Source: an uncultured Desulfurococcaceae archaeon (GTDB lineage: Archaea > Thermoproteota > Thermoprotei_A > Sulfolobales > NBVN01). From it: DNA of 64,000 bases. The notes beneath the pieces are model-generated. The model did not search any database and was not told the DNA's origin. It saw only the letters and a program-made list of their open reading frames with translations. Where the stretch lies: the NCBI GenBank assembly GCA_964655125.1, contig CAZZLT010000052.1, forward strand, positions 9,273 to 73,272. The letters run 5' to 3'. Each line of letters begins with the position of its first letter. Position 1 is the first letter of the stretch. The translations under genes and the position numbers were made by a program. Positions 27,798-37,418 of the stretch are shown here, in pieces.

Positions 27798-28970
27798 TCA
27801 ATCCATCCAATCCTTAACCTCAATCTTCCTTGGAATATACTCATCCATTAAGAACTTAAGCCCCTTACTAGTTAATGCTTCAATCTCTAGTTTAGCTTCC
27901 TTCTCTAGGAATATACTTACCTCAGCCCTCCATCGACTAGTTTGGAACCACTTATAATTGATTAACTCCTTAGCACGTTTTATATCTCTCTCCTTAGCCT
28001 TAATTATATAATTCCTTCTTTCAGATTCTGATAAGTACGGTTTTTTCTTAATATTGATGTCTCCGAAAATATCTGAAGGCATAACACCTAAGAACCTCAA
28101 CCACGGGGTAGCTAGTCTCTCACTCTCGTAGGATAACGTTATAGAACCTATCTTAAATACGCTGTAGATATACCATCCGTAAGGGTCGCTATCAGTTAAT
28201 ATGTAGATAGGTAGTTTTAACTCCTCACTTAAACGTCTCACAAACCTTCTAGTAGCTCTATCAGGTTGTCCAGCACTAGTTATTAATAACGTCTTATACT
28301 TCCTCCAAAAACCTGCTCTATGAAGTTGTTGGAAGACGGCGTCTTTCTCAACTATCAGTACGTACTCAGCATCAACATCTAGGAATTCTATTAAATCAGG
28401 TGTAGGTTCTATTGAGTAAGCTCCATGTCCCATCTTACTAAGGTCTATAACATCATCTCCAGACCTTATCCTCATATTACCTACGACCTTACCCTTCTCT
28501 TTACTAAGTATTAGTAACTCCTCCCTAAGCATGTTTATAAATACTTCTAAATCCCTGATTATACTATCAGACTCCCTCTGCGAATCCCAGGTATTCTCAC
28601 CTAGTATCCTACCTTCAGGTCCTCTATACCTTATAGTGTGTTTACCCCTATAGAATAAGTCACGGATTGTTGGGTACTCATCATTAGTTAACGCATTATA
28701 AATTATACTAGCCATTAAAACAGTCTGCATAAACTTCTTAGACTCTCTAACATCTAAGAATGACCTACTTAAGGTGTCAGGACCTAACAGTAGTAGTTTT
28801 CTACCCTCATCATATACTGTGTTACTTAAGGTCCTCTTCGGTATAACTATTGTTGGGTTTTCACCAGTTAAGATCTGATTAACGAGTTCCTTAAATCTAT
28901 CACGTAAGACTTCTAAAGCCTTCTTCCTAACCTTCACATCAACACTTGATGTTAACTTCATAAGGAACAC
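27798..28970 (-). CDS. top6A: DNA topoisomerase VI subunit A
   Basis: 390-aa ORF with a Spo11/Top6A layout: a winged-helix region with catalytic Tyr (TIRDLFYRG) and a Toprim domain (VEKDAVF...TDSDPYGWYI). It is immediately downstream of top6B. Confidence 0.95.
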   Translation of the reverse strand: MFLMKLTSSVDVKVRKKALEVLRDRFKELVNQILTGENPTIVIPKRTLSNTVYDEGRKLLLLGPDTLSRSFLDVRESKKFMQTVLMASIIYNALTNDEYPTIRDLFYRGKHTIRYRGPEGRILGENTWDSQRESDSIIRDLEVFINMLREELLILSKEKGKVVGNMRIRSGDDVIDLSKMGHGAYSIEPTPDLIEFLDVDAEYVLIVEKDAVFQQLHRAGFWRKYKTLLITSAGQPDRATRRFVRRLSEELKLPIYILTDSDPYGWYIYSVFKIGSITLSYESERLATPWLRFLGVMPSDIFGDINIKKKPYLSESERRNYIIKAKERDIKRAKELINYKWFQTSRWRAEVSIFLEKEAKLEIEALTSKGLKFLMDEYIPRKIEVKDWMD

Positions 28971-30548
28971 CTACTCAACACTTACTACAACATCATCTAT
29001 ACCCCTAATCTTCACATTCTTAAACTTCTTAAGAACAAGCTTAAATAACTCACTACTTAAGCTATTGTATGGTACGTCGTTAACAATTGATGAAAGAGAT
29101 TTAGCGATATCAGGTATAAACTTTATAATCCCTATAGCCTTCTCAACTTCTTCCCGCTCCTTCCTCCTCCTTACAATATATGTTTTTAATTCTCTAGCAA
29201 CCTCTCTAATCCCTTTCTCTATCTCATTCTCGATTTCCGGTACATCAGCTATACTTTCCTTACCAACCCCCTTATAAGGTATCTTAGTACTACATATATG
29301 TACTAGAACAGCTAGTGGTGCAGGCTTCTCCACCTCATACAGACTCCAGTCAATATTCTGATTAACTACTTTCCATGAGACATCAGACCTCTCATCATAG
29401 AGTAACGGTATCTTATTAGCAAATCTGAGGAGGAGTGGTTCTTCTGATAACGGTATGTTACCACCGTAGGCTAAACCTACCTCAACTATGAAGGCGTGTC
29501 CCTCATACACACTAGGTTTTCTAGTATTAGCGGTTACGAACTCTGGTTTTAATATAGACTCTAAACCAATCTTTATTATCTCCTCACCTAGATATGAGAG
29601 ACTATCAGGTCTTGGTGGTTTAAAATTATTGAATTCTTTTAAAACCTTAGCTAATAACTCGATCTCATCATTACTTAACTCCTTCGGGTCTTTATCTGGG
29701 TTAAGCTTTAATAACTCAGTAATTGTTTTAGATGTAACTTCACCAATACCTTGAAACTCCTCAATCAAGAACTCCTTCAACGTAGTTGTAGTAGTATTAG
29801 ATATTAACATCTTAAGTAACTCTATATCAACTCCGTGAGGATGTGGTTTAACCTCCTTAGGGGGTTTAGGCATTAAAGTAGTACTCCTCTTAAAGTATAC
29901 TACATTATCTGTTGGGTCCTTAAAAATTATTGTAGCGTACGGTGCTATTATAGCAGTCCTCTTAAAGTACTCGTATACTTTAGACTTAGCTCTATTCCAA
30001 TCACCTTCTATAAAGAGTTTAACTATCGTACCATGCCATTCACTACTCTTCTTAAAAGATGCTTTATGATGGATTACCGGCCTATTATTCTTAATATCAA
30101 TACTTAATCTAAACATGTATATCCTTGAGGAATTAATAGTTGATGATAGTACTTCAACAGGTTTACCAGTAGTTATTTGACTGTAGAGGACTGCCATCTT
30201 AACACCTATACCGAACATACCTCTTGTCTGCCTAAGTACGTACTTAGAACTATAGAGTAGTTGAGCAAATGCTTGAGGTATATTATCTGGAGGTATGCCT
30301 ATACCATTATCCTCTACACTAATTAAGTAGACTTCAGGTTTATCTGGTATGATTCCAGAATCTATAGAGACTTTAATTACTGGTAGGATACCGTATGAAT
30401 CAGTAGCATCTAACGCGTTCTCAACTAATTCCCTAATTGATTGGTAAAGTGCTCTAGCAGGGTTTGAGAAACCTGCGATTTCCTTATTCCTATAGAAGAA
30501 TTCAGCAGGACTTAAACTCCTAAATCTCTCAAGTTGCTGAATACTCAC
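28971..30548 (-). CDS. top6B: DNA topoisomerase VI subunit B
   Basis: 525-aa ORF with a GHKL/Bergerat ATPase fold (RELVENALDA, DNGIGIP, QTRGMFGIGVK) and close colinearity with the Sulfolobus Top6B sequence as I recall it. Confidence 0.95.
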   Translation of the reverse strand: MSIQQLERFRSLSPAEFFYRNKEIAGFSNPARALYQSIRELVENALDATDSYGILPVIKVSIDSGIIPDKPEVYLISVEDNGIGIPPDNIPQAFAQLLYSSKYVLRQTRGMFGIGVKMAVLYSQITTGKPVEVLSSTINSSRIYMFRLSIDIKNNRPVIHHKASFKKSSEWHGTIVKLFIEGDWNRAKSKVYEYFKRTAIIAPYATIIFKDPTDNVVYFKRSTTLMPKPPKEVKPHPHGVDIELLKMLISNTTTTTLKEFLIEEFQGIGEVTSKTITELLKLNPDKDPKELSNDEIELLAKVLKEFNNFKPPRPDSLSYLGEEIIKIGLESILKPEFVTANTRKPSVYEGHAFIVEVGLAYGGNIPLSEEPLLLRFANKIPLLYDERSDVSWKVVNQNIDWSLYEVEKPAPLAVLVHICSTKIPYKGVGKESIADVPEIENEIEKGIREVARELKTYIVRRRKEREEVEKAIGIIKFIPDIAKSLSSIVNDVPYNSLSSELFKLVLKKFKNVKIRGIDDVVVSVE

Positions 30549-30623
30549 TATATCAACACCATATACTAATCCTAACTTAAATAAGATTTTTTAAGTATAT
30601 GCTCTTAAGAGTTAAGTACTACA

Positions 30624-30914
30624 TCACTGAAATATAACAACCTCACTCCCTAAAAGTTGACCAGGTATTCCCTTCTTCATACTAACTACTACTACATTAT
30701 TCCTACTACTATGGACTTTAACTACCTTACCCCGATACTCATTCCTACCATCCTTAACTAAGACTTTACCTCCAATCAACCCATCAACTCTTAAACACCT
30801 ACTCCTTAAAACCTTAACCAAGACCTGATCATTATACTGTCTATGTAGAGCTCTTCTAAAACCTACTATAACCCCATAACCTAACTCATTAATCATATAC
30901 TGACTCATAACCAC
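30624..30914 (-). CDS. rpl35ae: 50S ribosomal protein L35Ae
   Basis: 96-aa ORF. The pattern G.I.GFRR......N..L.KV......LIG.KV......YRGKVVKVH is typical of L35Ae. Confidence 0.75.
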   Translation of the reverse strand: MVMSQYMINELGYGVIVGFRRALHRQYNDQVLVKVLRSRCLRVDGLIGGKVLVKDGRNEYRGKVVKVHSSRNNVVVVSMKKGIPGQLLGSEVVIFQ

Positions 30915-31041
30915 ATCCTAAAATAATGAATTACTTAGACTTTTTAAGCTTTGAATTATGTAGACCTCCTATACTGAAAACATCATATAAGTTTAACATG
31001 TTTTTATTTATTATTTATTAATGCATTAACGCGGTATTAAG

Positions 31042-31539
31042 TTGATGAAGTTCGTAGTAGATTCCATGTTAGGTAATTTGGCTAGGTGGTTGAGGTTATT
31101 AGGATACGATACACTATATTTTAAACGTATTGAGGATTGGAGGTTAATTAATATAGCTAAAGATGATAGTAGAGTTCTACTGACTAAGGACTTAAGCCTG
31201 TATAGGAAGGCTGTTAAAAAGGATGTTAAGTCAGTATATATAGAGTCTTCAGATATAGTTGAGATGTTAGTGAGTGTAGCTAAGAGATTAAATATTAAGT
31301 TAGTATTTAACGAGGATAGTACACGATGTCCTCTATGTAATACCCTACTAGTTAGAGTTACTAAGGCAGAAGTCCTCCACTTAATACCTCAGGAGATAAT
31401 TAATAGGTATAACGTTTTTTGGAAGTGTCCTAAATGTGAGAAGGTTTTCTGGCAGGGAAATCATTGGGATACTATAAGTAAAATACTTGAGGAAGTAAAT
31501 AATAGGTTAAGTATGGTGGGAAGGAATGCAACACATTAG
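31042..31539 (+). CDS. Mut7-C RNase domain protein (DUF82, PIN-like + zinc ribbon)
   Basis: 165-aa ORF. The N-terminus FVVDSMLGNLARWLRLLGYDT is the DUF82 signature, and the C-terminus carries CPLCN...CPKC. Confidence 0.85.
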   Translation: MMKFVVDSMLGNLARWLRLLGYDTLYFKRIEDWRLINIAKDDSRVLLTKDLSLYRKAVKKDVKSVYIESSDIVEMLVSVAKRLNIKLVFNEDSTRCPLCNTLLVRVTKAEVLHLIPQEIINRYNVFWKCPKCEKVFWQGNHWDTISKILEEVNNRLSMVGRNATH

Positions 31540-32194
31540 CAATTATGTAGACCCTAACGAGTTAAGTCTTGATGACGGAGTATTCCTAGTTAGACTAGCT
31601 AGGGAAGCTGTTGAAAAGTATTTAAAGGATAATAAAGTAATAGACCCACCATCTAACACCCCTAAAAAACTATTACTGAAGGGTATGTCCTTCGTCACTA
31701 TACGTAAATTGGTCTTAGGAGGTCAGGAGTTAAGAGGCTGTATAGGTTATCTACAACCTATAGAACCTCTAGCTAAGAGCGTTATTAACGCAGCTATTGC
31801 AGCAGCTGTTGAAGACCCTAGATTTAACCCTATGACTGTTGAAGAACTTGATGATGTTATCCTTGAGGTCTCAGTACTATCAATACCTAAGACGTTAAGT
31901 AGTAAGGGTTGGGACGTACTTAACGAGGTTAAAGTAGGTGTTGATGGATTAGTAGTTGAGTATAGGATTTATAAAGGTCTATTACTACCTGAAGTTCCTG
32001 TAGAGTATTGCTGGGATGTAGAGACCTTCCTATGTGAGACATGTTTAAAAGCTGGTATGCCACCAGATTGTTGGTTACATCCAGGGGTTAGAATTCAGAA
32101 ATTCAACGCTGTAATCTTTAAGGAGTTAAAACCTTCAGGAGATGTAGTTAAGGTAGATTTGATTGAGGAGTTTGAGAGGACTTGTAGGTTGTAG
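31526..32194 (+). CDS. AMMECR1 domain protein (AmmeMemoRadiSam system protein A)
   Basis: 222-aa ORF with the diagnostic LRGCIGY motif and DPRF.P block. Confidence 0.9.
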   Translation: MQHISNYVDPNELSLDDGVFLVRLAREAVEKYLKDNKVIDPPSNTPKKLLLKGMSFVTIRKLVLGGQELRGCIGYLQPIEPLAKSVINAAIAAAVEDPRFNPMTVEELDDVILEVSVLSIPKTLSSKGWDVLNEVKVGVDGLVVEYRIYKGLLLPEVPVEYCWDVETFLCETCLKAGMPPDCWLHPGVRIQKFNAVIFKELKPSGDVVKVDLIEEFERTCRL

Positions 32195-32243
32195 TTACGA
32201 GGGGAAAGCCTTTAGAACATACTTTTTATCTTAGCTTAATTAA

Positions 32244-32540
32244 ATGATGCTTATGAAAATTAGATTAATTTCTTATGATTACGTTGATGATGTTAGGAGG
32301 TTAGTACTTCTAGGTTTTAAGGCGTTTACTAGTAGTGTTGGGGAGGATAGAGTGGATCACTTTAAGAGATATAAAGATAACTTAATTACTAAGTTAATCA
32401 TTACTGTAGACCTTAGAGAGTTACTACGTACGGTATGTCTAAGACTTTCTAAAGGAGTTCGATGGGGGGTTAAGGAGTTAGTAGAGGGAGTTGTAGAAGA
32501 AGTAATTAAAGTACTACCTGAAGTACATAAGCTAAGTTAG
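32244..32540 (+). CDS. ThyX-like mini-protein or remnant (lacks catalytic core)
   Basis: 98-aa ORF. The C-terminal TVDLRELLRTVCLRLSKGVRWGVKELVEGVVEEVIKVLP aligns by eye with the ThyX block [34 protein letters not shown] (T. maritima, from memory). The N-terminal MKIRLISY resembles ThyX starts. There is no RHR...S motif. It lies directly upstream of dcd. Confidence 0.35.
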   Translation: MMLMKIRLISYDYVDDVRRLVLLGFKAFTSSVGEDRVDHFKRYKDNLITKLIITVDLRELLRTVCLRLSKGVRWGVKELVEGVVEEVIKVLPEVHKLS

Positions 32541-32565
32541 TAGAAAGTTAATGTAGGGAGGAGTT

Positions 32566-33096
32566 ATGATACTCTCAGATTTTGATTTAAGAGCTTACTT
32601 AAGTAGTGGTAGGTTACGTATAACACCATTTTCTGAGGAGATAGTTAGAGAGAACGGTGTTGACCTTAGATTAGGGAGTTGCTACTGTATGGTTAGAGAA
32701 TCTAATGAAGTGTTGGATATATCAAGACCTGATGATATAAGTAAGTACTATGAGTGTGGTGAAGCTGATGAGTTCGTATTAAAACCTAACACAAGATACC
32801 TACTCCATACGTTAGAATATGTATCACTACCTCCTGAGTTGATGGGTTTTGTAGAATTAAGATCTACTTTCGCAAGACTTGGACTTATGATCCCACCAAC
32901 TATAATAGATGGTGGTTTTGAGGGTCAGATAACTATTGAGGTTTTATCAACATCATTTCCGATAAAGTTAAGAGCTGGGATTAGATTCCTCCACGTGGTA
33001 TTCTCAAAACTAACAACTCCTGTTAATAAACCTTATAGGGGTAAATACCAATTCCAGAAAGGAGTTAAACTACCAGTACTTAAGGACAGTACTTAA
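32566..33096 (+). CDS. dcd: dCTP deaminase
   Basis: 176-aa ORF with MILSDFDLRAYL, IPPTIIDGGFEGQITIE (dUTPase-fold motif) and NKPYRGKYQ. Confidence 0.9.
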   Translation: MILSDFDLRAYLSSGRLRITPFSEEIVRENGVDLRLGSCYCMVRESNEVLDISRPDDISKYYECGEADEFVLKPNTRYLLHTLEYVSLPPELMGFVELRSTFARLGLMIPPTIIDGGFEGQITIEVLSTSFPIKLRAGIRFLHVVFSKLTTPVNKPYRGKYQFQKGVKLPVLKDST

Positions 33097-33107
33097 GGTT
33101 TAATAAG

Positions 33108-33167
33108 GGTTTCAGTGGGCTCCTAAGTCTTCACTAAAGATCTGTGACCGCCACACTCATCACTTAA
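33108..33167 (-). ncRNA. box C/D sRNA
   Basis: The minus strand reads GUGAUGA(C)-GUGUGGCGGUCA(12)-CAGA(D')-UCUUUAG-UGAAGA(C')-CUUAGGAGCCCA(12)-CUGA(D). The C box is at 33157-33163 and the D box at 33112-33115. It is G+C-rich in an AT-rich spacer between dcd and the cupin gene. Confidence 0.8.
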
Positions 33168-33268
33168 CTACTACATTCAAGATCTACCTCAGTATGTACT
33201 GTATTTAAGTTTTATACTCTTCTAGAGCTAGGTATTTAAACTCTGAAAAGTATCTTCTATGTAAGACT

Positions 33269-33634
33269 ATGTCTAGAAAGGAAGTTAGGGTTGTTAAAGT
33301 TAATGATGTTGATGCTGTCATACCTTTAATGTGTGATGTTAAGGGGTTTAAAGTTAAGAGGTTAATAACTAAGGGTAGGGAAAACTCTGATAAGTTAATG
33401 TTGGGGGTATGCTTCGTAGAACCACGTGCTAAAGGTTATAGATGGTCTTTTACTGATAAGGATGAAGTTTACTACGTATTGAGAGGAAGGTTAAGACTTA
33501 AATGGGATGGTAATGCTGTTGAGTTTAGTGAAGGTGATGCAGTATACCTACCTGCTGGATACTCATATGAGTTAGAGAATTTAAGTGATGAGGAGGCAGT
33601 CATAGTCTACGTCCTAACACCACCTATAGAGTAG
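33269..33634 (+). CDS. cupin domain protein
   Basis: 121-aa ORF with a small beta-barrel pattern: DEVYYVLRGRL...GDAVYLPAGYSYELEN. Confidence 0.7.
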   Translation: MSRKEVRVVKVNDVDAVIPLMCDVKGFKVKRLITKGRENSDKLMLGVCFVEPRAKGYRWSFTDKDEVYYVLRGRLRLKWDGNAVEFSEGDAVYLPAGYSYELENLSDEEAVIVYVLTPPIE

Positions 33635-33727
33635 TAGGAGTTAATACGCTCTAACACACCTACATTTATTCTTACTTATTTAAATCTGGAATATAGGTTA
33701 GAACATATAACGTAACTTTAAAGCTAT

Positions 33728-33928
33728 CTAAGTTAACTTACTAAGTACTTCTGAAGGGATTTCTGAAGCTCTAATTATAACGGCATTCTTAGGCGGTTTC
33801 TTCACAATGATGTTTAACGGGATATACCTTTCTGGATTATCTACAGCTTTACTCTTAAGTACTCTTACTTTTACATACTTATCCTTACCTAACTCCACAT
33901 ATACATACTTACCCTTCTTCAACCCCAT
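33728..33928 (-). CDS. hypothetical small basic protein
   Basis: 66-aa Lys-rich ORF; no family recognised. Confidence 0.4.
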   Translation of the reverse strand: MGLKKGKYVYVELGKDKYVKVRVLKSKAVDNPERYIPLNIIVKKPPKNAVIIRASEIPSEVLSKLT

Positions 33929-34002
33929 TCCTTAAACCCCGGACTAAGTAATATACACACTTAAAATATTTTAATAATGATACTATAATTGGTTGGTAGT
34001 GT

Positions 34003-34653
34003 TTGAACAGTAAGGAGATTCTATGGTCTGAAATAGTTAGTAAGATTTCTAAGTGTTCTAAATGCGGTCTTCATAGACATAGAACTAACCCAGTACCTGG
34101 TGAAGGTTCTCTCTACAGTAGGATGTTACTTATTGGTGAGGCCCCAGGTAAGAGTGAGGATGAGGAGGGTAGGCCATTCGTAGGTGCTGCAGGTAAGTTA
34201 CTAACTGAGTTGTTAGAGGTTAGAGGTATTAAGAGGTCTGAAGTCTTTATAACTAACGTTGTTAAGTGTAGACCTCCTAACAATAGAGAACCTTATGATG
34301 AGGAGATTAGAGCTTGTAGTGAGTATACAGTATCTATTATTAAGTTAGTAAGTCCTAAGATGATAGTTACCTTAGGTAATCATGCTGGTAAGTTTATTTT
34401 TGAGTTAGGAGGTGTTAGATGGGTTAGTGTTAGTAGGATGAGGGGAAGGTCGTATAAGATGGATATAGTAGGTATTAAGGAGGTCTTAGTTATCCCTACA
34501 TATCATCCAGCAACAGCGTTATATAACCCAAATATAAGGTCAGTATTAGAGAGTGACTTCGATATGATTAAGGAGTACTACTTTATAGAGTACAGTATGG
34601 GGGGTATTAAGAGGAGGACACTACTAGACTTCATCGAAGGTGAGCATCATTAA
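34003..34653 (+). CDS. udg: uracil-DNA glycosylase, family 4
   Basis: 216-aa ORF with Fe-S Cys residues (CSKCGL...), motif A GEAPGKSEDEEGRPFVGAAG and HPA near the C-terminus. Confidence 0.9.
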   Translation: MNSKEILWSEIVSKISKCSKCGLHRHRTNPVPGEGSLYSRMLLIGEAPGKSEDEEGRPFVGAAGKLLTELLEVRGIKRSEVFITNVVKCRPPNNREPYDEEIRACSEYTVSIIKLVSPKMIVTLGNHAGKFIFELGGVRWVSVSRMRGRSYKMDIVGIKEVLVIPTYHPATALYNPNIRSVLESDFDMIKEYYFIEYSMGGIKRRTLLDFIEGEHH

Positions 34654-35107
34654 CGTCAAATATAGTTATGATGAATTAAGGAGGTTTATAGAGGAAAAGA
34701 TTAGGTCTTTAAGGAATGAACTCGAGTTTTACGAGTCATTACTAAAGATGTTAGAGAGATTTGGTAGGGTTCCTGAGAGAGGTGAGGATAGGAAGTTTAA
34801 GGAGGAGGTTTTAGCGTTAAAAGATGATGAAGGTAATATAGTGATGACTGTAACTATTACACCAAGTAGGATTAAGGTAGTTCCTTTAATTAAGATTGAT
34901 GCTGAACATGAGTTGATAAAGTCTTACTTAACTAGATTCTTAGATGAGAAGAAGTCCTCAAGTATTAGTAGAGTCTCTAAATACGATATTAAGTTAGCTA
35001 ATGGATACGTATCTGAGATCTTAATTGAGGGTAACTTCAACGAGTATTTCATAATTGAGTTAGAAGCAGCTTTAACATACATCATAAACACTATAAGTAG
35101 GTCTTAA
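34640..35107 (+). CDS. hypothetical protein
   Basis: 155-aa ORF overlapping the udg stop by 14 nt; no family recognised. Confidence 0.5.
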   Translation: MSIINVKYSYDELRRFIEEKIRSLRNELEFYESLLKMLERFGRVPERGEDRKFKEEVLALKDDEGNIVMTVTITPSRIKVVPLIKIDAEHELIKSYLTRFLDEKKSSSISRVSKYDIKLANGYVSEILIEGNFNEYFIIELEAALTYIINTISRS

Positions 35108-35165
35108 TCATCAGATTAACTCTGAACAGACACCACTATCTTCTTGCCGGGTTTTCATCATCTTC
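35107..35165 (-). ncRNA. probable box C/D sRNA
   Basis: The minus strand reads AUGAUGA(C, 35155-35161)-AAACCCGGCAAG(12)-AAGA-UAG..GUGUCUG-UUCAGAGUUAAU(12)-CUGA(D, 35111-35114). The terminal boxes are canonical and the internal boxes degenerate. Confidence 0.55.
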
Positions 35166-35231
35166 TATAACAGTTGTTTTATAGAGTATTAAATCTTTAA
35201 TTTACGTTTAAGAAAGTATATCTAGGGGATT

Positions 35232-37040
35232 GTGAACTTCATAATACTTGCTCAGACGTTCGCTAAGCTTGAAGGTATTAGTAGTAGGATTGAGTTAACT
35301 AACATCTTAGTAGACCTCTTCAGGAAGACACCGCCGGAAATCATAGATAAGGTAATATACTTACTACAGGGTAGGTTATGGCCTGAGTGGAGTGATATGC
35401 CTGAGTTAGGTGTTGGTGAGAAGTTCTTAATAAGAGCTATATCTATAGCTACTAAAGCTAGTGAAGGTGATGTTGAGAAGCTTTATAAGCAGTTAGGTGA
35501 TTTAGGGAAGGCTGCTGAAGTACTTAAGCAGAGGAGTGGTTCTGGAGGACTAACTCAGTTTATTAAACTTCAACCTAAGGGAGGTAGTAGATTAACCGTT
35601 AATAGAGTTTATGATACATTAGTTAGAGTTGCTTCAACGGTTGGTGAGGGTAGTAGGGACGTAAAGATAAACTTAATTGCTGGACTCTTAGTTGATGCTG
35701 AACCTCTAGAAACTAGATACTTAGTTCGTTTGATAGAAGGTAGGCTTAGGTTAGGTATTGGGGATGCAACCATACTAGATGCTTTAGCTATATGTTTCGC
35801 AGGTTCTCAAGGGTTTAGAAGTGTTATTGAGAGAGCTTATAATATTAGAGCAGATTTAGGTAATGTAGCTAAGGTACTTGCGTTAGAAGGTGTTGAGAGT
35901 CTTAAGATTATTAAACCTAGTGTTGGTACCCCTATAAGACCTATGCTTGCTGAGAGATTAAGTGATGCTCATGAGATTTTAAGTAAGGTTGGTGGTAAGG
36001 CTTTAGTAGAGTTTAAATATGATGGTGAGAGAGCACAGATTCATAAAGACGGTAATAACGTGTGGATATTCTCAAGAAGACTTGAGAACATAACACATCA
36101 GTACCCAGATGTTGTTGAGGCAGTAACTAAAGGATTGAAATGTTCTAAAGCTATAGTTGAGGGTGAGATCGTAGCGGTAGACCCTGATACAGGTGATTTA
36201 AGACCTTTCCAAGAGTTAATGCATAGGAAGAGAAAACATGATATTCATGAAGTGATTAAGGAAGTACCAGTTAAAGTTTATCTCTTTGACATTCTCTATT
36301 TAGATGATGAAGACCTAACATTAAAGCCTATAACCATTAGGAGGAAATACCTTCAAGAAGTTGTTGAGGAGAGTGAAACACTGAGAATAGCTGATTATAT
36401 AATAACTGATGACGTTAGTAAGTTAGAGGAATTCTTCTTAAAAGCTATTGAGAACGGTTGTGAGGGAGTTGTTGTAAAAGCAGTACATGATCAAGCTGTT
36501 TATCAAGCTGGTGCTAGAGGCTGGCTTTGGATTAAGTATAAGAGGGATTATAAGAGTGAAATGATTGATACAGTAGATTTAGTAGTTGTTGGTGCTTTCT
36601 ACGGTAGGGGTAGACGAGGTGGTAAGTACGGGGCATTACTTATGGCTGCATACGACCCTAAGTCAGATACTTTTAAAACCGTATGTAAGGTTGGTTCAGG
36701 TTTTACTGATGAGGACTTAGAAACTATTCCTAAACTACTCCAACCACTAATAATAAGTCATAGACATCCTAGAGTTGACTCAGAGATCGAACCTGATGTA
36801 TGGGTAGTTCCGTCATTAGTAGCTGAAATCATAGGAGCAGAACTAACTCTATCACCACTACATACATGTGGGAAAGGGGTTATGAGACCTGGTGTAGGTA
36901 TCTCGATCAGGTTCCCCAGATTCCTAAGGTGGAGAAGTGATAAGAAGGCAGAGGATGCTACAACAGTTGATGAAATTATTGAGATGTTTAAAGGTCAGCT
37001 TAAGAGGGTTTCTGAAGAACCTAGTCGTGAACAATTATGA
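35232..37040 (+). CDS. lig: ATP-dependent DNA ligase
   Basis: 602-aa ORF with a GTG start, adenylation motif I EFKYDGERAQ (KxDG), EGVVVK, LWIKYKRDY, and a C-terminal OB domain. Confidence 0.95.
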   Translation: MNFIILAQTFAKLEGISSRIELTNILVDLFRKTPPEIIDKVIYLLQGRLWPEWSDMPELGVGEKFLIRAISIATKASEGDVEKLYKQLGDLGKAAEVLKQRSGSGGLTQFIKLQPKGGSRLTVNRVYDTLVRVASTVGEGSRDVKINLIAGLLVDAEPLETRYLVRLIEGRLRLGIGDATILDALAICFAGSQGFRSVIERAYNIRADLGNVAKVLALEGVESLKIIKPSVGTPIRPMLAERLSDAHEILSKVGGKALVEFKYDGERAQIHKDGNNVWIFSRRLENITHQYPDVVEAVTKGLKCSKAIVEGEIVAVDPDTGDLRPFQELMHRKRKHDIHEVIKEVPVKVYLFDILYLDDEDLTLKPITIRRKYLQEVVEESETLRIADYIITDDVSKLEEFFLKAIENGCEGVVVKAVHDQAVYQAGARGWLWIKYKRDYKSEMIDTVDLVVVGAFYGRGRRGGKYGALLMAAYDPKSDTFKTVCKVGSGFTDEDLETIPKLLQPLIISHRHPRVDSEIEPDVWVVPSLVAEIIGAELTLSPLHTCGKGVMRPGVGISIRFPRFLRWRSDKKAEDATTVDEIIEMFKGQLKRVSEEPSREQL

Positions 37041-37046
37041 GTAGGT

Positions 37047-37376
37047 TTAGGTTGACTTAACTGATGCAACTATAACTCTTCTATTCTTACTAACTAGGGT
37101 TAACATACCACGACTTACTAATTCCTTCATTATTTTCTTAGCTATACTAATATTCACACCTAGTTTAGAGGCTAAGACGTAGGGGGTTATGATACTCAAG
37201 CCAGTTACTTCTTTAATAGCTCTGTTAATTAATGACTCATCAACTAGTAGTGATACCTGAGACTTCTTATCACGTTGTTCAGTCTTCTTCATCTGATGTT
37301 TAAGCTGTTGTTCTAAAGCTTTCTTCTGACGTTTTTCAATTATTGATATGGGTTTCCCTCCCTTACCTCCTCCCAT
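37047..37376 (-). CDS. rps25e: 30S ribosomal protein S25e
   Basis: 109-aa ORF with a Lys-rich N-terminus and a winged-helix ITPYVLASKLGVNISIAKKIMKELVSRGML. Confidence 0.8.
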   Translation of the reverse strand: MGGGKGGKPISIIEKRQKKALEQQLKHQMKKTEQRDKKSQVSLLVDESLINRAIKEVTGLSIITPYVLASKLGVNISIAKKIMKELVSRGMLTLVSKNRRVIVASVKST

Positions 37377-37418
37377 TACTACCCACCAACATATTATACG
37401 TTATGTAAGCTTTAAATA

